Origin: an uncultured Chloroflexia bacterium
GTDB lineage: Bacteria > Chloroflexota > Limnocylindria > Limnocylindrales > CSP1-4
Length of the DNA: 64,000 nucleotides
Assembly: GCA_963763775.1 (NCBI GenBank)
Contig: CAVXPZ010000001.1
Coordinates: forward strand, 1,088,001 to 1,152,000
Reading direction: 5' to 3'
Shown here: in pieces, positions 20,141-29,918 of the stretch
Layout of the letters: every line of letters begins with the position of its first letter
How positions within the stretch are numbered: the stretch's first letter is position 1
The notes under the pieces: model-generated
Told to the model about the DNA's origin: nothing
Database searches by the model: none
What the model saw: only the letters and a program-made list of their open reading frames with translations
Made by a program: the position numbers and the translations under genes

Positions 20141-20368
20141 TTCCGTGCCGGCTCCAAGGGTCCGGGCAGCTCCACGTCGCAGCACGATCGCGTGCCAAGC
20201 GACCGACGAGTGGGCCTGGAGACCGACCTTGGCCGCCGATCGGCTCGAACGGCTGGCCAGCCGACACTGGAGCGCGGGCTCCGCCGTCTGATGGGGCGGC
20301 ACCCGTGCCAGAGACCAGAGGACCACCGTGGCGCGGGCGGAAGACGGGCCGGCGGGACCGGCGAGCGC

Positions 20369-21211
20369 CTACCGGACGAGTTTCAGCAACGTCTCGTGGT
20401 GCGCGGGCGGGGCCGCGAAGATGCCGACCGACTTGGGGGCGAACGCGACGTCGAACCACGGGCCGCCGTCCATCGAGGTGACCGTGGCTCCGGCCCGCTC
20501 GGCGATCAGCCCGGCGGCCGCGACGTCCCAGGCGTTCAGGCCGCCCTGCTGGAGCATCGCGTCGAAGCGGCCGTTGCCGACGTAGGCGAGCGCGAGGGCC
20601 GCGGACCCCATGTTGCGCGAGATCCGGATCGCCTTCTGGACGTTCCGCGAACGGGTCGCCACCGAGCGCCCGTTGAGCGACATCGAGATGACGAAGTCGG
20701 AGAGCTTGTCCTTGGCCGATGCGTGGATCGGCCGACCATCGAGCGTGGCCGGGCCGTCGGCCGTGGCCGCGAACGTCTCGCGGCGCGACGGATCGTGGAT
20801 GACGCCGACGGCGGGCCGTCCGTCCACGACCATCGCGATCGACACGCAGAAGAACGGGATGCCGTTCGCGTAGTTGATCGTGCCGTCGAGCGGGTCGACG
20901 ATCCAGACGCGGCCGCGCCCGGACGTCGGCGCCTCGCCGGCCTTCGCATCGTGCCCGCCGGTCTCCTCGGCGAGGAGCGCGTCGCCCGGGTAGCGCGCCC
21001 GGACCGCGTCGAGGATGAGCGCCTCCGAGAGATGGTCCGCCTCGGTCACGACGTCGCGGGCGCTCTTGTAGTCGATCTGCTCCAGCCGCTCGTACCGATC
21101 CATCTGGAGTTCGCCGGCACGGACCGCGAGCGACACGGCGTAGGCGAGTTCGTCGGCGTAGACCGAGGGGCTCGTCGAAGCGGCGGCGTCCGTCGTCCCG
21201 GGTGCGGTCAC
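20369..21211 (-). CDS. Inositol monophosphatase family protein (SuhB-like)
   Basis: DVVTEAD, LAEE, WIVDPLDGTINY, AWDVAAAGLI. Confidence 0.92.
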   Translation of the reverse strand: MTAPGTTDAAASTSPSVYADELAYAVSLAVRAGELQMDRYERLEQIDYKSARDVVTEADHLSEALILDAVRARYPGDALLAEETGGHDAKAGEAPTSGRGRVWIVDPLDGTINYANGIPFFCVSIAMVVDGRPAVGVIHDPSRRETFAATADGPATLDGRPIHASAKDKLSDFVISMSLNGRSVATRSRNVQKAIRISRNMGSAALALAYVGNGRFDAMLQQGGLNAWDVAAAGLIAERAGATVTSMDGGPWFDVAFAPKSVGIFAAPPAHHETLLKLVR

Positions 21212-21726
21212 GGGTGGCTGCACTCGACGTCCAGGTCGCGTGGCGTCGCGCCGAACTCCGTCACCGTCTGGCTGAAGGTGTGCGTGGCGCCCGGGTCGAT
21301 CTGCGGGCTGAGGATGAACGCGCCCTTGCTCCCGTTCCGGTCGAGCGGATCCGTCAACCGGCAGGTCGTCTGTCCGGCGCCGCTCCCCGCGTTGTGGATC
21401 GTCAGCGTGATCGCGAGCCCGGTGCCATCGGCGGACGGCACGACGTTCGCGATCGTCGCGTCGAACGGGCCGACCCCGGCGATCGTGAGTCGCGCCAGCA
21501 AGGCCAGCCCGATGATCCCGACCAGGACCGCGATGAACACCGTCCCGTGGACCTGCGACGCGGACGAGTCGCGAAGCCCGAGCGGGTTGCAGCGCTCGCA
21601 CAGGCCGACGTCGAGCGGCACCGGGGCGCCGCACCGGACGCACGGGTGCGTCATCGGCTTCGGTCCCGGCGCGGCCGGGGCGCCTCCGGGCACGGCCGGC
21701 ACGGGCGCGAGGTCAGGCGTGGTCAC
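21208..21726 (-). CDS. Hypothetical membrane protein with N-terminal zinc ribbon
   Basis: CVRC...CERC, one TM helix, beta-rich C-terminal domain with two Cys. Confidence 0.75.
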   Translation of the reverse strand: MTTPDLAPVPAVPGGAPAAPGPKPMTHPCVRCGAPVPLDVGLCERCNPLGLRDSSASQVHGTVFIAVLVGIIGLALLARLTIAGVGPFDATIANVVPSADGTGLAITLTIHNAGSGAGQTTCRLTDPLDRNGSKGAFILSPQIDPGATHTFSQTVTEFGATPRDLDVECSHP

Positions 21727-21759
21727 GCGACGATGGTGACACGAACCGCAGGAGCCGAC

Positions 21760-22653
21760 CTACCAGCGACCGGCGGCCTCCACGAGCGCGTCGATGTCCG
21801 AGGTCGTCCTCGCCAGCACGATCGCGCCGTCGGCCCCGGCCGCCTGCCAGCGCGCCCACGTTTCGCGCGGCGCCGTGATCCACGGCGAGTCCGCGATGGA
21901 TTCGTCCGCGAGCCACTCCCCCTGGAACCCGACGAACACCTGCTGGTCCTCGCGTCGCTTGCCGGCCTCGGCGAGCGCGTCGAGGTAGATCGGGAGGTTC
22001 GCCTCGAAGTTGTCCTCGAACGCCGTCCAGCCGTCGCCGACTCGAGCAGCCAGCCGCGCACCGTTCGCCGATTCGCCGCCGATCACGATGCGCGGCGCCG
22101 GGTCCGGCTTGGGCCAGGCGTGCGCGGCCTTCAGCGGGTAGTAGGGCGAATCACGGGTGATCGGCCCACCCGTCCACAGGGCTCGGATGACCGCGACGGC
22201 CTCCTCCGCCCGCGCGACACGCTCCGGGGCCGGCGGGAAATCGATCCCGTAGGCCTCGTGCTCTCGCGGGTGCCCACCGATCCCGAGGCCGAGGATGAGC
22301 CGCCCGCCGCTCATGATCTGGAGGGTGGACGCCATGCGCGCCACCACGGTCGGCTCGCGGTTCATGACGTTGAGCACGAACGAGCCGACCTGGATCCGCG
22401 AGGTCGCCCCGGCCGCCACCGCGAGCGCGGTCCAGCCCTCGACGACCGGGACCGTCAGGTCGCCGCGGCCCATGAAGTGGTCCCAGGCCCAGATGTGGGC
22501 ATAGCCGGCCGCGTCGAGTCGCCGAGCGCTCTCGAGCCACCACGTCGGCTCGGCGCGGATGGTCCGGATCGTGACGCCGAGCGGGATCCGGCCGGCATCC
22601 CCCACCGGCGCCTCCCGCGGTGCCGTCCCCGGCGCCGGCTCCGCCTCGGTCAC
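21760..22653 (-). CDS. LLM class (probably F420-dependent) oxidoreductase
   Basis: WAWDHF, EGWTALA, SGGRLILGLGIG, IVIGG. Confidence 0.88.
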   Translation of the reverse strand: MTEAEPAPGTAPREAPVGDAGRIPLGVTIRTIRAEPTWWLESARRLDAAGYAHIWAWDHFMGRGDLTVPVVEGWTALAVAAGATSRIQVGSFVLNVMNREPTVVARMASTLQIMSGGRLILGLGIGGHPREHEAYGIDFPPAPERVARAEEAVAVIRALWTGGPITRDSPYYPLKAAHAWPKPDPAPRIVIGGESANGARLAARVGDGWTAFEDNFEANLPIYLDALAEAGKRREDQQVFVGFQGEWLADESIADSPWITAPRETWARWQAAGADGAIVLARTTSDIDALVEAAGRW

Positions 22654-23498
22654 AGGCCGGTCTCGAAGAGGCGGATGTCCTCCGCGGCGATCGTGTGGCC
22701 GTCGCCGCGCGTCGGCCCGAGCGCCGCGCGCGCGCCCAGCGCATCGAGGTCAGCCGGGAACCGCCCGATGAGGTCGAGCACGACCTTCTGGATCCGCTCG
22801 GCGTTCGCCGTGAAGACCTCGAGGACATCGGTGGCGTTCACCGCCTCGGTGCCTTCGTGGACGCCGGCGTCATAGTCGGTGATGAGGCTGATGTTGACGA
22901 CGGCGATCCCGAGCTCGCGGCACAGCCACGCCTCGGGGTACTGCGTCATGTTGATGACCTCCCAGCCGGCGTCGCTGAACCACTTCGACTCGGCCTTCGT
23001 CGAGAATCGCGGGCCCTGGATGACGACGACGGTGCCGCGTTCGTGGACCTCGATGCCGTGGTCGCGGATCGTGTCGATCGCCAGCTGGCGCAGGACCGGG
23101 TCGTACGTCTCGGCCGACGAGAGGTGCGTGACGATCGGCCCGTCGAAGAACGTGTCGGTGCGGCCGCTGGTGCGGTCGACGAACTGGTCGCACACGACGA
23201 AGTCGCCGGGCTTGACGGCGAGCTGGAGCGACCCGGCCGCGCATGGCGAGATCACGGCCTTGACGCCGAGCGATCGCATCGCCCAGACGTTCGCCCGGTA
23301 GTTGATCTTGTGCGGCGGGATCGTGTGGCGGCGCCCGTGCCGCGGGAGGAACGCGACCCGTCGTCCGGCCACGTCGGCGAGGAAGATCGAGTCCGACGGC
23401 GGCCCGTACGGTGTGTCGACCTTGACCTCGCGGACGTCCTCGAGCAGCGAGTAGAACCCCGAGCCGCCGAAGACGCCGATCTCCGCCGTGTCCGTCAC
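22650..23498 (-). CDS. mtnP: S-methyl-5'-thioadenosine phosphorylase
   Basis: IGVFGGSG, TPYGPPS, FLPRHG, INYRAN, QGPRFSTKAES, INMT, TDYD. Confidence 0.93.
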   Translation of the reverse strand: MTDTAEIGVFGGSGFYSLLEDVREVKVDTPYGPPSDSIFLADVAGRRVAFLPRHGRRHTIPPHKINYRANVWAMRSLGVKAVISPCAAGSLQLAVKPGDFVVCDQFVDRTSGRTDTFFDGPIVTHLSSAETYDPVLRQLAIDTIRDHGIEVHERGTVVVIQGPRFSTKAESKWFSDAGWEVINMTQYPEAWLCRELGIAVVNISLITDYDAGVHEGTEAVNATDVLEVFTANAERIQKVVLDLIGRFPADLDALGARAALGPTRGDGHTIAAEDIRLFETGL

Positions 23499-23628
23499 GT
23501 GTGACCTCCCTGTCCATCGTCGCCGTCGCTCGGCTGTCGATCCGGCGACCGCGGCCGGGCCGACCGATTCTAGGCGGACGGGGCTACGATGGGGGCGAAC
23601 ACTCGTTCGACGCCGATGCGAGGCCACG

Positions 23629-24069
23629 ATGGACGACTCCCCGAACCCGCCCCGGACCCGACCACGCGGATGGACACGCCCGGGACGGGCGGCGTCAGCT
23701 CGACCTTCCAGCCGACGAGTCCGCCGGCCTACGACCCGTCGAGCCCACCCACTTACGCTCCTGCAGGTGCGCCGATGGCGCCCTCCGCGCCCGACCCGGG
23801 ACCGCCCACGTATGTCGCCCCGCCGGCGAGCCCGACGACCCCGCCCACCGCATCGAGCTGGGCACCACCGCGGCAGCACGACAGCGGCGGACGATGGGCA
23901 GGCGTCATCGCCGGGCTGATCCTGCTCGGGCTCGGGCTGTGGTTCTTCGCCGACCGCACGCTCGGCCTCGACATGCCGAACATCCGGTGGAGTCAGCTCT
24001 GGCCGCTGATCCTCATCCTCGTGGGCGCCGTCATCCTCGATCGGCGCGTTCCGCCGAGACCGACGCTGA
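23629..24069 (+). CDS. Pro-rich membrane protein with LiaF/DUF5668-like TM pair; probable indels at both ends
   Basis: GLILLGLGLWFF...WSQLWPLILILVG motif; ends reconstructed across frames. Confidence 0.65.
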
Positions 24070-24115
24070 ACGGGGAGGCGGTGCCGGGCGGCGGCGAGAA
24101 CGGGGGGCGAGGTAG

Positions 24116-24781
24116 GTCGACGCAGCGGCGTGGGAGCCGGGCGACGGGTCGCCGACCGATCGCCTGTGGCTCGCCGACTGGCGTCGGCGCGTCGCGGCGC
24201 TCTACGCCGAGGTCCGCGCGATGGCCGCGACCGATCCGGAGACGGCTCACGCCCACTGGCGCGCGGTCCGCGAATGGCTCTACCGCGAACATCCGCAGTC
24301 CCCGGTCAAGGCCGGCGAGCGCCCGTCGTTCGAGGCACGGCATTTCGCCTTCGATCACGCGCTGCGGTTCGTCGCCATGATCGAACCCGCCCCGCCACCG
24401 GCACCCGGGGCGCTCGCCCTGGCGCTGCCGAACAGCGGCGAGGACACGCTCTCGTTCCGCCGAGTCGGGACGGTGACGCTGCCGCTCCCCGGGGAACCGC
24501 GGCAGCTCTCGGTGTTCTGGATGGCGGGGTACGCGGGCGGCCTCTTCATCCCGTTCCGCGACGAGACCAACGGCACCGAGACGTATGGCGCCGGCCGCTA
24601 CCTCGTGGATGCGGCCAAGAGCCACGACCTCGGCGGCGATGCGAGCGCGGGCACCCTGATCCTCGATTTCAACTTCGCCACGCAACCGTCCTGTGCCTTC
24701 GACCCGCGATGGGCGTGCCCGCTCGCCCCGCCGGAGAACCGCCTCGCCCTGCCGATCCGCGCGGGTGAGCGGCTCGCCTGA
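24116..24781 (+). CDS. DUF1684 domain-containing protein (start codon uncertain)
   Basis: LADWRRRV, LFIPFRDETNGTETYGAGRYL, LDFNFA.QPSCA. Confidence 0.88.
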   Translation, partial: VDAAAWEPGDGSPTDRLWLADWRRRVAALYAEVRAMAATDPETAHAHWRAVREWLYREHPQSPVKAGERPSFEARHFAFDHALRFVAMIEPAPPPAPGALALALPNSGEDTLSFRRVGTVTLPLPGEPRQLSVFWMAGYAGGLFIPFRDETNGTETYGAGRYLVDAAKSHDLGGDASAGTLILDFNFATQPSCAFDPRWACPLAPPENRLALPIRAGERLA

Positions 24782-24803
24782 CGATGGCCTGAGGGCGACG
24801 TTC

Positions 24804-25334
24804 GTGCCCACCGGCGACGAGGTCCGACTCGCCACGCCCGATGACGCGGCCGCGATCGCCGACGCCCACGTCCGCGGGTGGCTCACCGCGTACCGCGGGC
24901 TCGTCCCGGACTCGATCCTGGCGGGGTTCTCCGTCGAGCGACGGACCGCGCAGTGGCGAGATCGGCTGGCCGCCGTGACGCCGACGGATGCCGCCCGGAC
25001 CTGGGTGGTCGTCGGAGAGGGGCGCGTGCTCGGGTTCGCGGATACCGGACCCGGCCGCGACGAATCGGCTCCCCCGCCCGACGGCGCGGGCGAGGTCTAT
25101 GCGATCTACCTCGCCCCGGAGGCGCGCGGTCGCGGGCACGGCCGGGCGCTCTTCGGACACGCCGTCGCCGACCTCATGGCGCGCGGCTACGACCCGATCG
25201 TGGTGTGGGTCTTCGAGGCCAACCCCGCCGGGCGCCGCTTCTACGAGGCGGCCGGGTTCCGCACGGACGGCGCGCGTTCGACGATCGACTTCGACGGCAC
25301 GCCCGTCGACGAGATCCGCTACCGCCTCGGCTGA
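24804..25334 (+). CDS. GNAT family N-acetyltransferase
   Basis: VRLATPDDA, EVYAIYL..EARGRGHG, WVFEANP..RRFYEAAGF. Confidence 0.9.
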   Translation: MPTGDEVRLATPDDAAAIADAHVRGWLTAYRGLVPDSILAGFSVERRTAQWRDRLAAVTPTDAARTWVVVGEGRVLGFADTGPGRDESAPPPDGAGEVYAIYLAPEARGRGHGRALFGHAVADLMARGYDPIVVWVFEANPAGRRFYEAAGFRTDGARSTIDFDGTPVDEIRYRLG

Positions 25335-25449
25335 CGCTGGCGGTCGGCGCGAACTCGGCCCTTCCACGAGTACGACCTGACTTCGTGGGTGGTCACGGCC
25401 GGGGCCGTGCGCTGCTGATCCGCGATCGACGATGGACGCCGTTTGATGC

Positions 25450-26901
25450 GTGGCGGAGCATCACAACAGGCCGCAGAGGGCGCGGATGCGGCCCTTCGGG
25501 AGGTCCAGTCGCGGCGTAGCGGTCGGCTCGCGACTAGGCGAGAAGCGACAGGGCGCGGGGCAGGAGTGGGACCGCGTGCGCACGATCGCACCGGCACGAC
25601 CCGACCGGACCGCCCCAGACCCCACCGTTCCGCCCCGGAGCGGGACCAACGTCCCATCGCCCCCGGACCCTCGGGTGCCCGCCGCCGCCGCGCAGCCGGT
25701 CGATGATGCATCCGTGCGCATCTTCTCCCGGCGCGTGGATCCCGAGCGCCTGCTGTGGTCTCGCGACATCCGGTTCATCAACCGGATCGCGATGATCATC
25801 GACGGCGTGCGCCTGCTCGAGCTCGACTCGGGCACGGTCGTCATCGGGCCGGCCCACATCCTGACCGAGAAGGCCGTCGCCGACGTCGCGGCCGATGCCC
25901 GTCACCCGGAGTACGGCCTCGTGATGGTCGACCCGAGCCGGTCGGAATCGGAACGGTACCTGCTGGCGATGTCAGCCGCGGTCCAGGTCTCGGGTCTCGC
26001 GGACCGCATCGGGATGTCGCAGACCTCGCAGGTCGTGCAGACCAAGATGCTCGACTACTTCTTCAGCCTGCGCGCGCTCCACAGCGTCGCGTTCCAGCCG
26101 ATCGTCGACCTCGCGACCGGCGAGCTGCACGAATACGAGTGCATGTTCCGCCCGCAGATGCCCCAGCTCCCCCAGTCGATCGCCTCGGTGGTCGCCGCCG
26201 CCATCGACACCGAGCGCTCCGTCGAACTCGACATGTTCATCGTCCACACGATCCTCGACCAGGCCGGTCGCCTGGAGGCCGTCGCCCGCGAGAACGGCAA
26301 GGAGCCCCGCCGGTTCGCGGTGAACATGACGCCGGCCAGCCTGCTCGACCCGGGCTTCGGCGCGGCGCAGATCGCGGACATGGTTCGCGCCGTCGGCCTG
26401 TCGCCGTCGCGCATCACGATCGAGTGCACGGAGCAGCAGTCGGTGCCGGATCTCGAGGCGCTCAAGCGTCAGGTCAAGGCCCTCCGCAAGCTCGGGTTCG
26501 GGTTCGCCGTCGACGACGCCGGGGCCGGGTACGCGAGCTTCGCCCTGGTGGCCGCGCTGCGACCCAGCATCATCAAGATCGACCGCGAGATCACGTACGG
26601 GATCAGCCGCGACGAGGCGAAGTACGCGCTGGTCGAGGCGTTCTACCTCTTCAGCCGGCGCATCGATGCCAAGCTCGTCGCCGAGGGCATCGAGAACCGC
26701 GCCGACCTGGCGAAGCTGCGCGAGCTCGGCGTGGACTACGGCCAGGGCTACCTGCTCGGCAAGCCCAAGCCCGAGCCGATGAAGCCGCGCAACCTCACGC
26801 CGAAACCGCGCGTGGCGCGGGTCGCCGGTGTCGCCAAGGCCGCCGGCGTGGCGAAGGTCACGCGCACCGCCGGCTCGACGAGCTCCGCCCGACCGCGCTG
26901 A
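25450..26901 (+). CDS. EAL domain protein (c-di-GMP phosphodiesterase-like); start uncertain
   Basis: FQPIVDL, YECMFR (EAL variant), AVDDAGAGYASF, IKID, AEGIE, GQGY. Confidence 0.88.
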   Translation: MAEHHNRPQRARMRPFGRSSRGVAVGSRLGEKRQGAGQEWDRVRTIAPARPDRTAPDPTVPPRSGTNVPSPPDPRVPAAAAQPVDDASVRIFSRRVDPERLLWSRDIRFINRIAMIIDGVRLLELDSGTVVIGPAHILTEKAVADVAADARHPEYGLVMVDPSRSESERYLLAMSAAVQVSGLADRIGMSQTSQVVQTKMLDYFFSLRALHSVAFQPIVDLATGELHEYECMFRPQMPQLPQSIASVVAAAIDTERSVELDMFIVHTILDQAGRLEAVARENGKEPRRFAVNMTPASLLDPGFGAAQIADMVRAVGLSPSRITIECTEQQSVPDLEALKRQVKALRKLGFGFAVDDAGAGYASFALVAALRPSIIKIDREITYGISRDEAKYALVEAFYLFSRRIDAKLVAEGIENRADLAKLRELGVDYGQGYLLGKPKPEPMKPRNLTPKPRVARVAGVAKAAGVAKVTRTAGSTSSARPR

Positions 26902-26926
26902 CCGGCGCTCGCGTACCATCGAGGGC

Positions 26927-27358
26927 ATGACCAAAGCCCTCTCCGCGCTCTCCCCTCGCGTCCGCGAGTTCCTCAGCACCGGCCGGCACTTCGCGACGAT
27001 CGCGACCATCGACCCCGACGGCGCCCCGCGCCAGGCGGTCATCTGGTACCGGATGGACGGCGATGACGTGATCATCAACTCGCTCGTCGGGCGGCGCTGG
27101 CCGTCGAACCTGCTGCGCGACCCGCGGATCAACGTGGCCGTCACGGACCGCGACGACGGCTACCACTGGGTGGGGATCACGGGGACGGCCGAGCGGGTCG
27201 GCGACCAGGCGGCCGCGCAGGCCGATATCGCGGCGATGGCCCACCACTACGACGGTGACGACCCGGACGACGTCGCGCGGCAGATCCGCCGGTTCTCGTC
27301 GCAGGAGCGGATCTCGTTCCGCGTCCGCGCCTCGGCCGTCCACGACCACCTCGACTGA
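26927..27358 (+). CDS. PPOX class F420-dependent oxidoreductase
   Basis: FATIATIDPDGAP, NLLRDPR; directly upstream of the F420 cluster. Confidence 0.87.
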   Translation: MTKALSALSPRVREFLSTGRHFATIATIDPDGAPRQAVIWYRMDGDDVIINSLVGRRWPSNLLRDPRINVAVTDRDDGYHWVGITGTAERVGDQAAAQADIAAMAHHYDGDDPDDVARQIRRFSSQERISFRVRASAVHDHLD

Positions 27359-27392
27359 GCACGGAACGAGGCATGGAACGGAGCACGGAACG
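27357..27392 (+). repeat. Three-copy 12-bp tandem repeat
   Basis: GAGCACGGAACG / AGGCATGGAACG / GAGCACGGAACG. Confidence 0.85.
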
Positions 27393-27401
27393 GTGACGAC
27401 G

Positions 27402-28324
27402 ATGCGCTTCGGCCTCCAGCTGTGGTCCCAGCAGACGGACTGGCAGGGCTTCCGGGACGCCGCCCTCGCGGCCGAGGACGCCGGCTGGGACTCGATCTGG
27501 ACGTGGGACCACCTCCTCGCGATCTTCGGGCCGTGGGAGCAGCCGATCTTCGAAGGCTGGATGGTCCTGTCCGGGCTCGCGCCGCTGACCCGTCGGGTCC
27601 GCCTCGGCCTGATGGTCGGCGCCAATACGTTCCGCAACCCCGGCCATACCGCCAAGCTCGCCACCACGCTCGATCACCTCTCGGGTGGCCGCGCGGTCCT
27701 CGGCATCGGCGGCGCGTGGTTCGAGCGCGAGCATGACGCCTTCGGGATCCCCTTCGGCGAGACGCCCGGCTGGCGCCTCGACCGCCTCGACGAGGCCGTG
27801 ATGCTGATGCGCCGCCTCCTCGACGGCGAGCGGTTCAGCCACGACGGCCCGGCCTACCCGATGCACGACGCGCTCTGCGCGCCCCGTCCGGTCCAGCCGC
27901 ACCTCCCGATCCTCGTCGGTGGGTCCGGCCGCAGGAAGACCTTGCGCACCGTCGCCGAGCGCGCCGACGCCTGGAACACGTCCGGCGACGTGGCGACCGT
28001 CCGCGAGACGCTCGAGACACTCCAGGGGCACGCCGCCGACGTCGGCCGCGACCTCACGACGCTCGAGATGACCATCTCCTTCCCGATCATCCTGCGACCC
28101 ACGGCAGCCGCCGCCGAGGCCCGGTACGCGGAGCTGCTGGCGGCCAACGGCACGCCCGACATGGGCCACGGCCCGGTGCTCCTCGGCCCGCCGGAACTCG
28201 TCGCCGATGCGATCCGCCCGTACGGGCCCTCGGCTTCGAGACCGTCATCGTCCGGACGCCCGCCCCGTACGACCGCGAGACCATCGACCGGATGACCGAG
28301 GTCCAGGCACTCCTCGCGACATGA
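27402..28324 (+). CDS. LLM class F420-dependent oxidoreductase; frameshift near 28225
   Basis: WTWDHL, GANTFRNPG, LDHLSGGRAVLGIG; shifted C-terminus LGFETVIVRTPAPYD ends in an ATGA overlap with cofD. Confidence 0.88.
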
Positions 28325-29298
28325 ACGTCGTGGTCCTCGCCGGCGGCACGGGCGGGGCGAAGCTCGCGCACGGGTTCCAGCAGGTCCTCGAGCCGGGTGA
28401 GCTCAGCGTCATCGTCAACACGGGCGACGACGTCATCCGCCACGGCCTGCTCGTGATGCCCGATCACGACGCGGTGATGTACATGCTCGCCGGGTTGTTC
28501 GACGACGAACGCGGCTGGGGCATCCGCGACGAGACGTGGGCCGCGATGGGCATGCTCGGGCGGTACGGCGAGGACACGTGGTTCGGGCTCGGCGACCGGG
28601 ACTTCGGCACGCACATCGCACGCAACGTCCGTCTGCTCGGCGGCCTGACGACGACCGAGGCCGTCCTCGAGCTCCAGGCGGCCCTCGGGATCCCCAGCGC
28701 CATCCTGCCGATGGCCGACGAGCCTGTACGGACCTCGGTACGGACCGAGGCGGGCTGGCTCGACTTCCAGGAGTACTTCGTCCACCAGCACCAGGGCCCC
28801 GAGGTCTTCGAGGTGCGCTTCGACGGCATCGATGCCGCCCGGCCTACCACCCAGGTCCGCGCCGCGATCGGCGCAGCCGACGTGATCGTCATCGGGCCGT
28901 CGAACCCGCTGGTGTCACTGGGGCCGATCCTTGCCGTGCCGGCGATGGCCGAACTGCTGGCGCGGGCACGGTCCCGCGGGACCCCGGTCGTCGCGGTGAG
29001 CGGCATCGTCGGCGGTGCGGCCCTGAAAGGGCCGGCGGACCGGATGCTCACCTCGATGGGCCACGAGTCGAGCGCCCGCGGCGTGGCCGGGATGCTCGCC
29101 ACGCACGTTGACGCGTTCGTGCTCGACACCATCGATGCGGACCAGGCGCCCGAGATCGAGGCCCTGGGCCTGCGGACCTTCGTGACCGACACGATCATGC
29201 GCGACGATGACGGGCGAGCGCGGCTGGCGCGCGAGGTGCTCGACTTCATCGCGCCGCCGCCCGCCGACACCCCCGCTGACACCCTCGCCGAGCCGTGA
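28321..29298 (+). CDS. cofD: 2-phospho-L-lactate/phosphoenolpyruvate transferase (F420 synthesis)
   Basis: LAGGTGGAK, VNTGDD, WFGLGDRD, FQEYFV, PSNPLVS, LKGPADRML. Confidence 0.95.
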   Translation: MNVVVLAGGTGGAKLAHGFQQVLEPGELSVIVNTGDDVIRHGLLVMPDHDAVMYMLAGLFDDERGWGIRDETWAAMGMLGRYGEDTWFGLGDRDFGTHIARNVRLLGGLTTTEAVLELQAALGIPSAILPMADEPVRTSVRTEAGWLDFQEYFVHQHQGPEVFEVRFDGIDAARPTTQVRAAIGAADVIVIGPSNPLVSLGPILAVPAMAELLARARSRGTPVVAVSGIVGGAALKGPADRMLTSMGHESSARGVAGMLATHVDAFVLDTIDADQAPEIEALGLRTFVTDTIMRDDDGRARLAREVLDFIAPPPADTPADTLAEP

Positions 29299-29918
29299 GG
29301 ATCGCCGCGATCATCCCGGTCGCCAACCTCGAAGGCGCCAAGACCCGGCTCGGCGAGACGCTCGATGCCGAGGAGCGGCATGACCTCGTCACGGGGCTGA
29401 TGGCACGGACCGTGGTGACCGCCCTGGCCGCTCCGGGCCTCGAGGACGTCCTCGTCGTCAGCCCGGACCGTGAGGTGCTGGCCCGCGCGGCCGAACTCGG
29501 GGCACGCACCCTTCGCCAGCGGTCGCGCGGCCTCAACGCGGGTGTCCGCGACGGCCGCGACGATGCCATGGCCGGTGGCGCCGACGCGATCCTGGTCCTC
29601 CCGATCGACCTGCCGTTCGTCAGCGACGCAGCCATCGGAGCCGTGCTCGCGCCCCTCGTCGCCGACGCGGTCCCGCCGATCGTGGTGCTCGTCACGGACC
29701 GCCACGGAACGGGGACCAACGCCCTCGTCCTGCGGCCGCCCGACGTGATCGACGTCGCCTTCGGCCCGGGCAGCCGCGCCCGACACCGCGACCGGGCGGA
29801 AGCCGTCGGGGCCTCCTATATCGAGATCGCCGAGTCGCCGCTCAGCGTGGACCTCGACACGCCCGAGGACCTGGTACTGGTCGCCTCGAAGGCCCCGGAG
29901 CGCCTCGGTGTCGGCTGA
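29295..29918 (+). CDS. cofC: 2-phospho-L-lactate/PEP guanylyltransferase (F420 synthesis)
   Basis: IIPV...AKTRL, GLN, DLP, GTGTNAL, FGPGS, DLDTPEDL. Confidence 0.93.
   Translation: MRIAAIIPVANLEGAKTRLGETLDAEERHDLVTGLMARTVVTALAAPGLEDVLVVSPDREVLARAAELGARTLRQRSRGLNAGVRDGRDDAMAGGADAILVLPIDLPFVSDAAIGAVLAPLVADAVPPIVVLVTDRHGTGTNALVLRPPDVIDVAFGPGSRARHRDRAEAVGASYIEIAESPLSVDLDTPEDLVLVASKAPERLGVG

Noticed and set aside
20141-20368. Unassigned ~230-bp gap and the short ORFs across it
   Set aside because: The ORFs are Arg/Pro-rich noise without SD or motifs, and I recognised no RNA family beyond the adjacent hairpin.
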